From the NCBI GenBank assembly GCA_905178155.1, contig CAJINV010000005.1, positions 166,254 through 230,253 of the forward strand: 64,000 bases of DNA, written 5' to 3'. The position numbers and the translations under genes are program-made. Under the pieces are notes generated by a model. It searched no databases and was not told the DNA's origin. It saw nothing but the letters and a program-made list of their open reading frames with translations. Positions 31,950 to 42,736 of this stretch are shown in pieces. Origin of the DNA: Amoebophrya sp. A120. Its lineage: Eukaryota; Protista; Dinoflagellata. The number at the start of each line of letters is the position of its first letter. Positions within the stretch are counted from its first letter, which is position 1.

Positions 31950-33396
31950 GAGAATAGTAACAGATGGTGTTTTTTATGATTTGAATAAGGAAGCAGTTAC
32001 AGTTTACGTTAATTTCCGTGAGTAACTACTTGTAGAGTTCAAATTAGTTTAGATAGGGTTAGGTGGGTGAAGGTGGATTGCGTTGGGTAAAGTGAACTAG
32101 CTGCTTTCTCATTTCTTAGAAAACTGGTGAATTTAGAGCCTCAATCTTATCCTTTTTTCTGGATTTTCTGGCTTGCGCTTGTCGTGTAGAAGGTACTAGT
32201 ATGTTTACTTACTTTCTTCTGGCGGTACGCGTGTGAGAACGAAAAGAGAACGATGGAAGATGAGGAGAGTGGACGGAAGCACGACAGTGATCTTGCACGA
32301 CAAAAAGAGCAGAAGATAACTTTGAAAAGCACAAGTCACGAGATCTTGACCTGCCAGCGAACGATAAAAAACGAACATTATGACGAACGCGAATAGAGCG
32401 AAGCAGAAAAGCTCTGTCACAACAAAACGAGATGGAACCAAAGTTCAATTTCCTGAGGAGGACGGCAACAGTGCCACAACAAAACGAGGACGCAAAAGAA
32501 AAATTGCGTTTGCAGGAAGCCTTGCACGAGTGACAGTTTACCGACACTAGGACGATCACGACAATATATCAGCATTTCCCAGCAGATGCGGATCTGTCTT
32601 TTCTTTGTCTAGACGAAGTCGGACTATTCTCACGGAAGAAAGAAAAAGACGCTGAGTCCGATTTCAATGCTTCGCGAACAGCGGCAAACTTTCCTCGTAC
32701 AAGCAACTTGTTTCCAGTTGCTCCAGCAACCAAACGAGTGCGGCTACAACGACAGACGGAACTCGATACTTAAAAGCGCTGGGGGATGCTCCTATGAATA
32801 TTCTTGAGTTGTTCCTCGGTCCGCACGATGATAGAATGGGGTTACATCGATTGGATTTCGATTCGTCTTTGTGCCCGGCGAATGTTTTCTTTCACTCCTT
32901 GCATCTGAATGTACAACTTGGGGACGGACACGGACAAAAAAGAAGAGGCGCAAGCTTTATTGAAGGTTCTCGTGCCGCCTTGCGGTCTGGCTTGATGCAA
33001 GTACTCCGCGCAAAGCTTCTGGCGGTTTCTATGTGATGACTGCGCTAGTAATTGTACTAGCGCACTAGAGAGTGGTGCACGACCGCCCTGTCCTCTTTAG
33101 GGGTGGGGGTACAACTACTGAAGAGTGAAAGGAAAAAACGCACTACTTGCTAGAAGATTAGCTTACTGCAGTTCTTGTGCGATACGCGAAATACAAACTC
33201 TGAGATGATCGCACGTTGGTAACGGCGGTTTGTTGATGCGCAAACACACAACTCTACGTAACAACAGAATAAATAACCGTGCTCATCTTCTCTTTTGCGC
33301 AAGCATAATGAAGCACACAGCGTAGCGGCCACTTGCTTCGTACTTCGCTTCGCGGATAATGCAAAAACTACATTCTAGCTCAATCCTATTTGTAGC

Positions 33397-33570
33397 CATG
33401 GGATACATGCGGGCACCCCAAGGGGGCGGGTGTGATTAATTCTGGTGAAACTTTTGAAATTCAATACGCCAAGATCTTACATTACCTTCTTTTCTGGCAT
33501 TGGGATACATGCTGACACCCCGAGGGTGCGGGTGTGATTTCTGGTGAAAGTGCTCTAGAAATTGAATACG
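33397..33570. repeat. Imperfect ~101-bp tandem duplication
   Basis: gggatacatgc...cacccc.aggg.gcgggtgtgatt...ctggtgaaa...gaaatt.aatacg occurs at 33397 and 33498. Confidence 0.8.
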
Positions 33571-34158
33571 ACGCAATGCTTTGTCCTGAACTACTCTCTA
33601 CTTCAGCGATAAAAATTTCTCGAAAGTTCAGGGCTGCGATTGCCCGATAGCGCTACCGCGCCGCAGGTGTCGACAACCGTTGTTGCATCTTTCGCCGTTG
33701 GGAATTACGATACTGGTTTGAAAGCAAGTACCTAAAACTGAAAATCAAAATCTGAAAATTGTGTCGGTAAAGAAAACAAATGAGAAAGAGAACGGAACAA
33801 AAAGTAGATAGAGAACAAAAACTCAAAATGCGAAACAAAGAAAAAAGTAAGAGTACGGAATGAAAGGAAATGATATATGAAAAAAGACGCAAATAAAAAA
33901 ATTGAAAGCAATGTTCAAAACGCGCTTCTACTGCAACATGCTAGGGACATTCCTCAATGGAGGCCCGGTGGTATTGATGATCTGAAACGAAAAGCAAAAA
34001 GCTTCAGTTTACCTCTTTCTCCCTTTTACAGTTTACAGTTTACAGTGTTCGCGTTGTACGCGAGACTTCTACTCAAAATGAGGAGTCTATTTGAGGAACT
34101 TCAACGTGAAGAACCTCTTGATTTCCATTTCAGAACAGATTCTTTCCTTTCTTCGACT

Positions 34159-36045
34159 TCACTGTGCGAGACCCCCGAACGGCGGGGTGGGGGCCTCAGC
34201 TCGCTGCGCACGTTGCGCCCGGATGACGTCGACCCGCTCGCGGTAGTTCGCAAGCACGTCCGCGCGGGCTTGCTGTGCGGCCTCCAGCGCCTCCTCGGCA
34301 GTGGCGGACAGTTCCGGGTCGACCACTTTGCTTAGTGGGTAGGTCTCCCCATCGTCGTCCATTTTCACCCGGACCGTCACGAGCAGTTTCTGTGTTTTCT
34401 TGTTGTAAGTGACCCCCGGCGGGAGGGCCTTACTCGCCCCCCGCAGCTCGAGTGCCTGCTTGACCCGCGGCGGGGGGTCGTTGTGCTTGCGCCCTGGGAG
34501 CGGTCTTTGTGGCTGCTGTGGCGGGGGCGGGGGCGCGAACGCCGCCGCAAACTTTTCCTCAGTGGCTTGCTGCTGGTTGGCGCGCATGTGGATGAACGCC
34601 AGGCGGAGTGAGCCAAGCTTCTTCGGCCTCAGCGAGTTTGATCGAAGACAGGGGATGCACGCACACCGAATCTCGCGGATCCGCCAGCTACGCGGGCGGG
34701 GCAGTGTCGAGTCCGCGTACAGCTCGGGCAGGTTCGGGAGGTCTGGCGTGATGTCGAAGTCCGGCCAGTTACAGACTTCCTTAACAATATCGCAGTACTC
34801 AGCCTGAAGGTCCTGCACAGGCTGCTCCGGCGTCTCGATCTCGCGCAGGATGTTCGCCTGTCCGGTGAAGTCGATCAGTTTCGCAATCTCGGTGGGCTTC
34901 CCCTTCTTATCGAGCTCCCCTGTGCACGCCTCTACTGCGCGGCGCACTTCCCCCGTGACGTTTAGGTCAGTGTCTGCCAACGCGGTGGCCGGCCACCTTT
35001 TCGAACTGACCTGTTGCGCGAGGGGGCAGGCGTTCTCGTGGTGTCGGACCTCGTACATGCGGTAGTCCGCGGTCGTGGAAGTCGGTCGCGAGTCGTAGTC
35101 CCGTACGTAGTTTACGCTCTCGCCGGCGCGCTTCCCCGGTACAGAGAACTTGCACTCGGGCGCAGCGCAGCAGCGGTTCGGCGTCAAAAAATCCGCATTA
35201 ACCACACTGAGAGCCTCGGCTAGTTCTCGGCCTGCCGCGGTCCAGGGGATGGCGGACCCCGCTGCCCTGTCGAACCACGTAGACAGAGAGTCGAGCCCGG
35301 GCCTGGGGTTGACGTCAGCTTCCTTGCGTGCGAAGTGCGAGACCCAATGGTCGAGGGCCGTTCGCTTTTCCTCCGCTGTTGCCTGCGTGTCGGATTCGTA
35401 GTCCTGCATGATCAAGGCGATGCGGGCTTCGAAGGCTACTGTTCGCCACAGTTCCCGGCAAGACGCCAGGGCAAGCGCCAAGGCGTCTGACACCGCTCCC
35501 CCACAAACTAGCGAGAGCGACTTTTTGCTTTGCTCCCACACGGAGTCCGGCAAGGACCCCGGCCTGGCCGCCGATAGCCACTCGTACTCCAGACGCGGCA
35601 CGCCCCCGATCGCAAAGGAGCCGAAGAGAGCACGGCGAGACAGCCGCCAATGTGGGAGTCTCACTAGGTGCCCGACAAAACTCAACTGCATGAACCGCAC
35701 AAACGGGGCGAAGGGCTCCACGCGGTGGATGCGGCGTAGGCGGGCCAGGGGGAGGTGGAGGGACTTCAACTGCCAGCGCCGGTAGCCCGTCAGCATGAGA
35801 AGCGCATCATTTTCAAACTTCTGCAGCGCAGCAAGCTCGGCGGCCGACCAGGTCCGGGTCTCGCAGGCAAATGTTCCGCGCGACCTGATGCGGCACATCA
35901 AATTTACGATGATGTCGGTCCCGCTCTCCGCCGCTCCGCCTATGGCGGCGAGCTCGGAGATTGCCCAACCCATCCGCTGCTTGCGCACCTCTAGGTCATG
36001 GGTGTCGTCGAACCAATTTCCTAGGTATCTGCAGGCTGCTGTTAG
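34159..36045 (-). mobile_element. 5'-truncated RTE-like non-LTR retrotransposon with a long C-terminal extension ending in an AP2-like domain
   Basis: The frame opens at ...CRYLGNW, followed by FACETRTW, LQKFEN..L..L.G, LSFVGHLVRL...RRALFG and RELWR, typical of the region after RT in RTE elements. The RT core and endonuclease are absent. Confidence 0.78.
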
Positions 36046-36363
36046 CTAAGATAAGATGCAGAAGCTTCGCTTCTTAGTGCACGTCTCTTCCGTGGCACAT
36101 GAAGCCCATTGTACAGCAGAAAAACAAGCGATAAAAAAATGTAAAAACAATGGCAATGCAACGGCAGTGAAATAACAGAAGAAAAAAAATGTCATGAGCA
36201 GTAAACAAACTTTGCTGAAATTTGGGCCTGTGTGTATATTTGTTCGAAAAAACTATCGATTCCTTGAGATTGGAGTGATGAGAAAGAGAACAAGAAACAA
36301 AGGAAAATAAATTGTGAAAACTGGAGTAGAAGCTTCCACTTACCAGTAACTCCTTGCATAAAG

Positions 36364-37005
36364 TCACTCATGCAGGAGCGGCTGCTTCTCGCTGCTCCCA
36401 TCGTCCTCCGTTCCCGACGAGGAGGGGCATTCCTGCTGCTTCTCAAACTCGTACACGATCGCACGGGTTTCCAGAGCCTGTTTCAGATTTTCATTGGCTT
36501 TGCTTGTGCACACGTGCTTGGCTGCCGGGGTCGATTTGGCTTTGCAGCCGCCAACGTCCTCTGTAGGCCCGGATTGTGGTTTTTCTTTGTTCGCAGGAGC
36601 CACACTTTCTTCCGACTCCGAGCCCTTCGTCGCCCCGGTTTCCTCGTTCTTCGTCTTCTTGATCCAACGCGGAGGACAGGACAGGACCGTGACCACCAGC
36701 GTTGCGAGGAACGCGAGTAACAGAACAAACGACAACAGAGTGACAGCCAAATCCAGTTGGTCTCCAAAACGAGCGTCAGTCACGTCGGAAGAGCGTTCTT
36801 CATCCGCTTTCAGTACGCCCGCATGGGACTGCGAAACCTCAGTGTGCCGAGCGCAGAATGGCGTCTCCGCCAGTTTTCCGCCTCGTTCGCATTCGGCTAG
36901 AGCGGTGGTTGATCCGTGTGGTGGCTTGCTCATCGAGACTGCTTCATGTGGCAACTCCTCAACTCCTCCCAGCGATTTCGCCTCTAACATCGAAGAGGAA
37001 GACAC
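36364..37005 (-). CDS. Hypothetical single-pass membrane protein
   Basis: 213-aa ORF with TM segment LAVTLLSFVLLLAFLATLVVTVL; start uncertain. Confidence 0.55.
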   Translation of the reverse strand: MSSSSMLEAKSLGGVEELPHEAVSMSKPPHGSTTALAECERGGKLAETPFCARHTEVSQSHAGVLKADEERSSDVTDARFGDQLDLAVTLLSFVLLLAFLATLVVTVLSCPPRWIKKTKNEETGATKGSESEESVAPANKEKPQSGPTEDVGGCKAKSTPAAKHVCTSKANENLKQALETRAIVYEFEKQQECPSSSGTEDDGSSEKQPLLHE

Positions 37006-37237
37006 CTGGGCTACAACCGGGACTACAGGTCGTGGAAGTCGCCTGTGTTATCCAGATTCCTTGATTTGATTTTCAAGGATGTGTGGATGCCGGCACGACT
37101 CCCGAGAAAGACGCGTGAACGCCTACAATCAAGTCAGGCCTGCAAACGACCACTACTCACAAGCCACGCGGCTAGCTCTCTTGCTGAAATAGAAGGAAAG
37201 CACTTATTAGTAATGCGTGGGCTCACACCGCTTCCTC

Positions 37238-37371
37238 TGTCTCACGCGTGAGACCGGCGGGGGGCCGCCCATCGGTCTCACGCAAAGCTAGCAGCTATCG
37301 GGAGATCCCCAGCCGGGTCATAGCGGGGCAAAAAGCCCTGCACATCCCCAGCCGGTCTCACGAGTGAGACA
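37238..37371. repeat. MITE-like 134-bp element with palindromic terminal inverted repeats
   Basis: tgtctcacgcgtgagaccggcggggg ... ccccagccggtctcacgagtgagaca. Each end is itself a palindrome, with a further ggtctcacgc internally. Confidence 0.65.
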
Positions 37372-38171
37372 CATGAAGAGACGTGACCCTACCCCGAAAT
37401 TATTTCAAGCTTCCTCGCCTGTACTGTATTAGCTGCCAGGGCGAGCCAGCAACTACCAACGAACTGCTCGAGTTTGCTAAAAGTAAGTTGCCTGCACTGC
37501 ACTGCATTCATTCCGAGCCAGGCATCACGACGACGCAACGCCAGCCATTTTGGCGGCGAAGGAAAATTAAACTCTTGTGGCCCGTCGAACGCTACCACCC
37601 GCACGAACAGTGTTCAGCGGATCCGACAATAAGTGCGGCCAGCCTTTGTGTGGGGCGTCTTTTTCTTTTTACTGTGAGCCCACTGTGGACGGCGTCTCTT
37701 CAGCCGGACTGGCTCTCTTTTTACTTTCTTTGTGGGCGCTCGATGTTTCTGGTGGGGCGTCTTTTTCTTCTGTTGCGCGGCTCTGCGCCCTCTGTACCTG
37801 TTGCCCTCGCTCTTTCTCCTTTTTCTCGTAATCGACGTAAAAACTAAAATAAACAAAATTATTTAACTTAGTACGAGATCTTCTCAAGCCGTGCAAAAAT
37901 AACTCAATTTGTTTCATCTAGGGCGTTCAGCTCGAGCGCCGTACGACTCAATGACTCGGCCTAGTAACGTATGCTCTGCGTGATTTCCCGCGGTGCGGTT
38001 GGGTTGTTCCTGGCGCAACGGCGAGCAATGCTGGCGCGCGCATTTCACCAGAGCAGGGGGGGAGGTTAAAATCCGTCGCCAACTGCGACCGATTTCACCG
38101 ATTTTTCAGGTGTTTTTGAAGCAAAATCGGGCCAGCTTTCTTTTAGCCTGAAGGTGGATGCTTTGTGGAAA

Positions 38172-39041
38172 CTAAAATGCGCCATTTCCGACTAGGTCTA
38201 TGTATACATAGTGAAAGTTTTGCAGGTACCCATTCAGAGATTCCGGGACGTTTGCAGCTTTTGCATCGTTCACCATGCTTCCGATGTCGAAATCTGCTTC
38301 CTCCTCTGCTGCGTCTTTCCACATGATCTTTTGCCAGGGAGCTCCGCCTGGCGCTTTTGCCGTTGTTCCTGTTTTTTCTTGCTTGTTTGCATATTCCTGC
38401 AGGTATGCGTCCGGCCCTTGACCATACAAGTATACTGTGGCCCCCAAACCTGCTGCCTCCCCAAATGCCTCGCTCAACTGCTCTTCGACATGATCTTTGA
38501 CGGCACCAAACTCGTACGCATCTGCTGCCACATGCAACATGGGAAGTAGATCATGAAGGTGAAGCTCCACATCTGCGCCTCCGTTTTCCTTCTCCGCCCG
38601 GGTGGTGTCCAGCTTTTCGCTGTATTGGGAAAGCTTTTTCCTGCAGGCCTCTGATCCTTCTTGTAGTTGCTCCCACCCTTCCGGTTTCAGAGACTCCCGC
38701 CTGGCGCTTTCTGAGCCCGAGGCGGAACTCGGCTCCGCACCAGGCTGACTCATGATATCATCAAACGTTGTCTTCTTGACTTGCGCTTCCATTTTCAGCA
38801 GGGCGTCCACACATTCTCTGCATTCCCGGAGTTCATCATCCTGGACCTGAGGTGCATCTTGCGCTTTCGCTAAGTCTTTGGCGGCGGCGGGCATGGTCGA
38901 GGAAAGAATTGCCTTTGTTTTCTGCAATTTTTCGACTCGCAGCGTCTGCCTGAGCTGGTGCGCAGGCCCATCAAACTGTCTCCAGTCTGGCAAATTTAAA
39001 GGAATTGTACGTGTCGGCTGACCTCTTGTTTTCAGTAGCAT
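38172..39041 (-). CDS. Copy of the non-catalytic domain of the adjacent phosphatase (last exon or truncated paralog)
   Basis: DHVEEQLSEAFGEAAGLGATVYLYGQGP matches DYMETQLADSFGQIEGLRATVYLYGQGP in ORF 40457..42475. Confidence 0.65.
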   Translation of the reverse strand: MLLKTRGQPTRTIPLNLPDWRQFDGPAHQLRQTLRVEKLQKTKAILSSTMPAAAKDLAKAQDAPQVQDDELRECRECVDALLKMEAQVKKTTFDDIMSQPGAEPSSASGSESARRESLKPEGWEQLQEGSEACRKKLSQYSEKLDTTRAEKENGGADVELHLHDLLPMLHVAADAYEFGAVKDHVEEQLSEAFGEAAGLGATVYLYGQGPDAYLQEYANKQEKTGTTAKAPGGAPWQKIMWKDAAEEEADFDIGSMVNDAKAANVPESLNGYLQNFHYVYIDLVGNGAF

Positions 39042-39191
39042 TCAATCTTTCCGCACCAATAATATTCGTATCCATATCAACATTTTTTTCCGCGAAAATT
39101 ACTGTCATCTTCTCCTCCTCCAGCCACAGTCTCTTCATATACTTTATTTCAGGCAAGCAACAAGTACGCAATCAGCTATCATTTGAATACG

Positions 39192-42100
39192 TTAGTTGAC
39201 AAGCACAAGATGTCTAAAGCTGAACATGAACATCAACATCATAAAGCAGGAGTCTAAATAATCAATATCCCGTCTGATCGGGGAAGACCGCAGCGATCCA
39301 ATGATTTCAAATATACCGGGAACGCGCATCGGCAGCAGCCGTGGGACCACTCCGAGGGCCCGTTGAATTCGCGCGCCTTTGTCATATTGCCACGAGATGT
39401 TTCCGACCTTGCGGGCACCGGCTCCCTCCTCACCTACTGCCGCGTTCAGGCGCAAGAACGAACCCCAGTTTCTCGTGACCTCGTAATAGGGCGAAGAAAA
39501 AACGAAAAATGCCGGCGGCTGCCCCTCCTTCTGTGGAGCTTTTTCATTCTGGTCGGTAAACAATTCTCGGCATGCATTGCAAAGATGCCGAGGTTTGGGC
39601 GAATGCACGTGTTTCGGCCACGCAGGCTGTCCGAAATGCACGCCAGGGCATGACAGGATTTGCGAGTGGGCTGCTTACTCTTTTATGCCTATCCCGCATG
39701 AGAGATTCCCCCATTGCGTAGCAAGAGAGCGGCGGCTTTTGGCGCTCACCATCGTCATCATGCGGGCCGGCGGTATGTCTTTTGCCTACGGGGTGTCCCG
39801 TGCACAGTGTCCCTGTTATAGGGCATTGAAACACTGAGGGCCGGGCGGAAGAGTCGTCCTGCGCTACTCTCATGCATACGCAGTCCGACTAAGGGCCCCA
39901 AACACCGGGGCGGACTTTCGTCTACGCTTCTTTTGGGGGTCTATGGTCCGCCTGGCCGGCTAAATAAGGGTGGGCCAGATCACCGTCATCAGTGGGATCG
40001 GCGGTAGTGCTTTTGCCGACCGGGCAGCCCACGCCTATACATGTCGGCGCCTCCCGTTGTATGTGGGGCTATCTACTTACGGGCCGAACGGATGCGCCCC
40101 GCCCCCGCACTATTTCTGCAAAGAAGGACCTACCACATCGGGGTGGGCATTGGTCTACGCTTCTCCTGGGGGTCTCAGGTCCGCCAGCGTGGCTGGCAAC
40201 GCAGCGTGCGGGGTCTTAGATAAAAATCGCAACTCCTCATTAGGCAGGCCGCCCATCTTCTAAGATTTGCAAAACGGGCGCGGGGCGTTCCGAACGGATG
40301 GGAGCCTATACAGATTTTTGGGTGCGCCACCCAGAGTCAGCATCACAGTTTTGCATCCTTCGCGCCCAGACCAAGACATATTTACAGCTAATACTCGGCG
40401 AAATTCTGCAACTTCCGAACCACGGAACCCAGGTTCGTGTCCTCGGATGAAGACTGTCATCCCATTGCCTTCGAGAAAATTTGACGCCGCCTTTTTACTA
40501 AACGCGCCGTTGCACCTCCGCTTTGGACCTTCGTTAACATCTGCCCACAACAGCTCAGTTGGGCAGGTTTTCCGACTTTTGTGCGGGATGGTTCTTCCCC
40601 ATTTTTCCATGTCGTAGCGAAACTTCCAGTATCCACGGCCCCCGAAACAGAGGGAAACTCTCTTTTTAGCCGCACTCCCCTCTTATTCTGGTTGTTCGGG
40701 CCTCTAAGCAAATTTACCTTTCGCAACTCCTCAAGCGGTCTCACATCCTCGCTGATGCCAGCGTGCACAACCAGAGCTTTGTCGTACGCCGTCGCGAAAA
40801 AAGGTAGAAGAGGAAACATGGTGCTCTTCAAAAATTTCTCAAAATCCCCTGCACTCGTCGCGTCCTTTCCCGCCGCCTCGACAGCATTGGTGAAAGTCTT
40901 TAGCTCCTCCTGCCGCGGCCTCCCACGGGCAACTCTTGCACTTTCGTGATTTCCGCGCAGGAGAACCACTCGGTCGGGAAACATTGTTTGCAGCCACATC
41001 AGGAAAAGAATCGTGTAGAAACTATCACCCAGAACCCGCGCTCGATCCATGAAATCTCCGTTGAACACGATTTTTCCACCTCTCGCTCTTCCTTGCCCGG
41101 CGTCTTCCCAAAAGTTGTACGACGTTTGTCCTTCTTTCGGTGCTTCAGCTCCGGATAGGCTCTGCAGCACTCTCACCAGATCGTCAAATGCTCCGTGAAC
41201 GTCACCGTATACGAAAACGTCATCGCAAAATGTCGCCTCCAGGCGGGACGGAGTCTTCGAGTCCTTGTAAATTCCAGCGGTACCAGAGCAAATGTCGACC
41301 ACCATGGGATGGAACGTAGTCTCCTTATCTTTAGGAACACCCGTCCGACGTGTTACTTTTCTGCTACCGTCACCATCAGTCCCGAACTCGATCTCGTGGT
41401 CTAGATCCACGGCAATATCCGTCTCTTTCGGTTGTTTCTTCAAATACTCCTCGTAGCTTTTACGAATCGTCTCAATGTTTCTCACAAGTCTCTTCTTGAC
41501 GGATTGACTTGGAAACGAAGCGGAAGGGTACTTGTCTGGATTTTGTAAAAAGCCGAGCAGTTCGGCGTCCAATAAATGTTTTTCTGCTGCCTCCCCTATT
41601 CTCTTTTCGATAGATGCGCTCACTTCGCCTTGCGCAGAGGCCGTGTCGACCCACTCGATCGGTTCCGGAGCTGCAACTCCCTTTTTGTTATCCGTTCTTG
41701 GTTCCGGTCCCTGGCCATACAAGTACACCGTCGCTCTGAGACCTTCAATTTGCCCAAACGAGTCCGCTAACTGCGTCTCCATGTAGTCACTTAGACGCTT
41801 GAAGTGCATCTGCTCTAGGCTCTGCAGCAACTTTAGTCTTTCGGATTGATCAGTGAGGCCGGAAATAGCCTCGTTGACTGTATTCCCAAACGCAGGCTCT
41901 TTTTCTTGAACAAGCTTTTTGAAAGTATTATCCAATTTGTCGCGGACGAGTTTTCCGAGTGCGATGATAATCCGTTCGCATGCATCGTCTTTGGTCCATA
42001 TTTCTGACTTTTCAACACAAATGTCAGGAAGCTGTTGGCCTTCTTTCTGTTCATCCATACTTTTTGTCGTCCCGCACAGTTCACTAAGCTGAAAAATGGT

Positions 42101-42475
42101 GCCCTCTGTCACCACTTCTTCTCCTTTTGCGCCAGCCCGGGGATTGATCATCTGCAGGAGGTTCGTTTTCGCCTGATTTTTGCGGAACCCACTAGTGTAC
42201 TGGTTTGGGACGCAGAGTTCTTCTACTTGGTGCACCAACCCTTCTGGTCCTGGCGCAGTCATTGTGTCCAGAAGACTTGAGACTTGACGGTACGCTCTCT
42301 CTGCATCAGTCACATAAGCTCGCGCCGAAGTTATCTCGCTACCTTCGGCCTCTTCATCTTTCACTGGGTCTGCGCTTGGCTTCGCAAAAACCGTGTCAAC
42401 AATGGCACGGGCCTCCCAAGCATGTTCTCTGAGCCTCTTGAGGTCATCCCCGTATATGTCCTGCATATATTCCAA
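39192..42475 (-). CDS. PPP-family Ser/Thr metallophosphatase, copy 2 (one apparent frameshift, one TIR intron)
   Basis: GDVHG, GDFMDR, RGNHE and VHAG in ORF 40457..42475; LLWAD and IRGHE in 40260..40610; FSSPYY..NWGSFLRL in 39192..39641. All are collinear with copy 1. Confidence 0.85.
39571..40393. mobile_element. Long (823 bp) introner-like TIR element, family A
   Basis: Ends catgcattgcaaagatgccgaggtttggg ... cccagaccaagacatatttacagctaata. TSD CTCGG (39566-70, 40394-98). Removing 828 nt gives AEFRRELFTDQ, aligning with VEFRTEKL in the paralog. Confidence 0.85.
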
Positions 42476-42736
42476 ATAAGCGCTTTCCTTGTTGTTTTTC
42501 TTCGCTGAAGCCCCCGAGGCAAGATCGTATCCGGATTTTCCTGTTGTTCAAGGGTATTTTAAAATTCTATCTCTCGATACATAGCCGCACCTTTTCAAAA
42601 TCGACACGGTTCTGATCGGCAAAGGTACATAAAAATGATCAAACTCAAAGCTCAATGCCGGCTTTTTCCCGTGAAGGACTTCCTCTCCAGTATTCACGGT
42701 CGAAGACGTAGACAATTCCTTTTCCAAGTCTCAAGA

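Noticed and set aside
37543-37554. 12-nt match (agccattttggc) to the dinoflagellate spliced leader
   Set aside because: It is short enough to be chance, lies on the strand opposite the genes and is not at a gene start.
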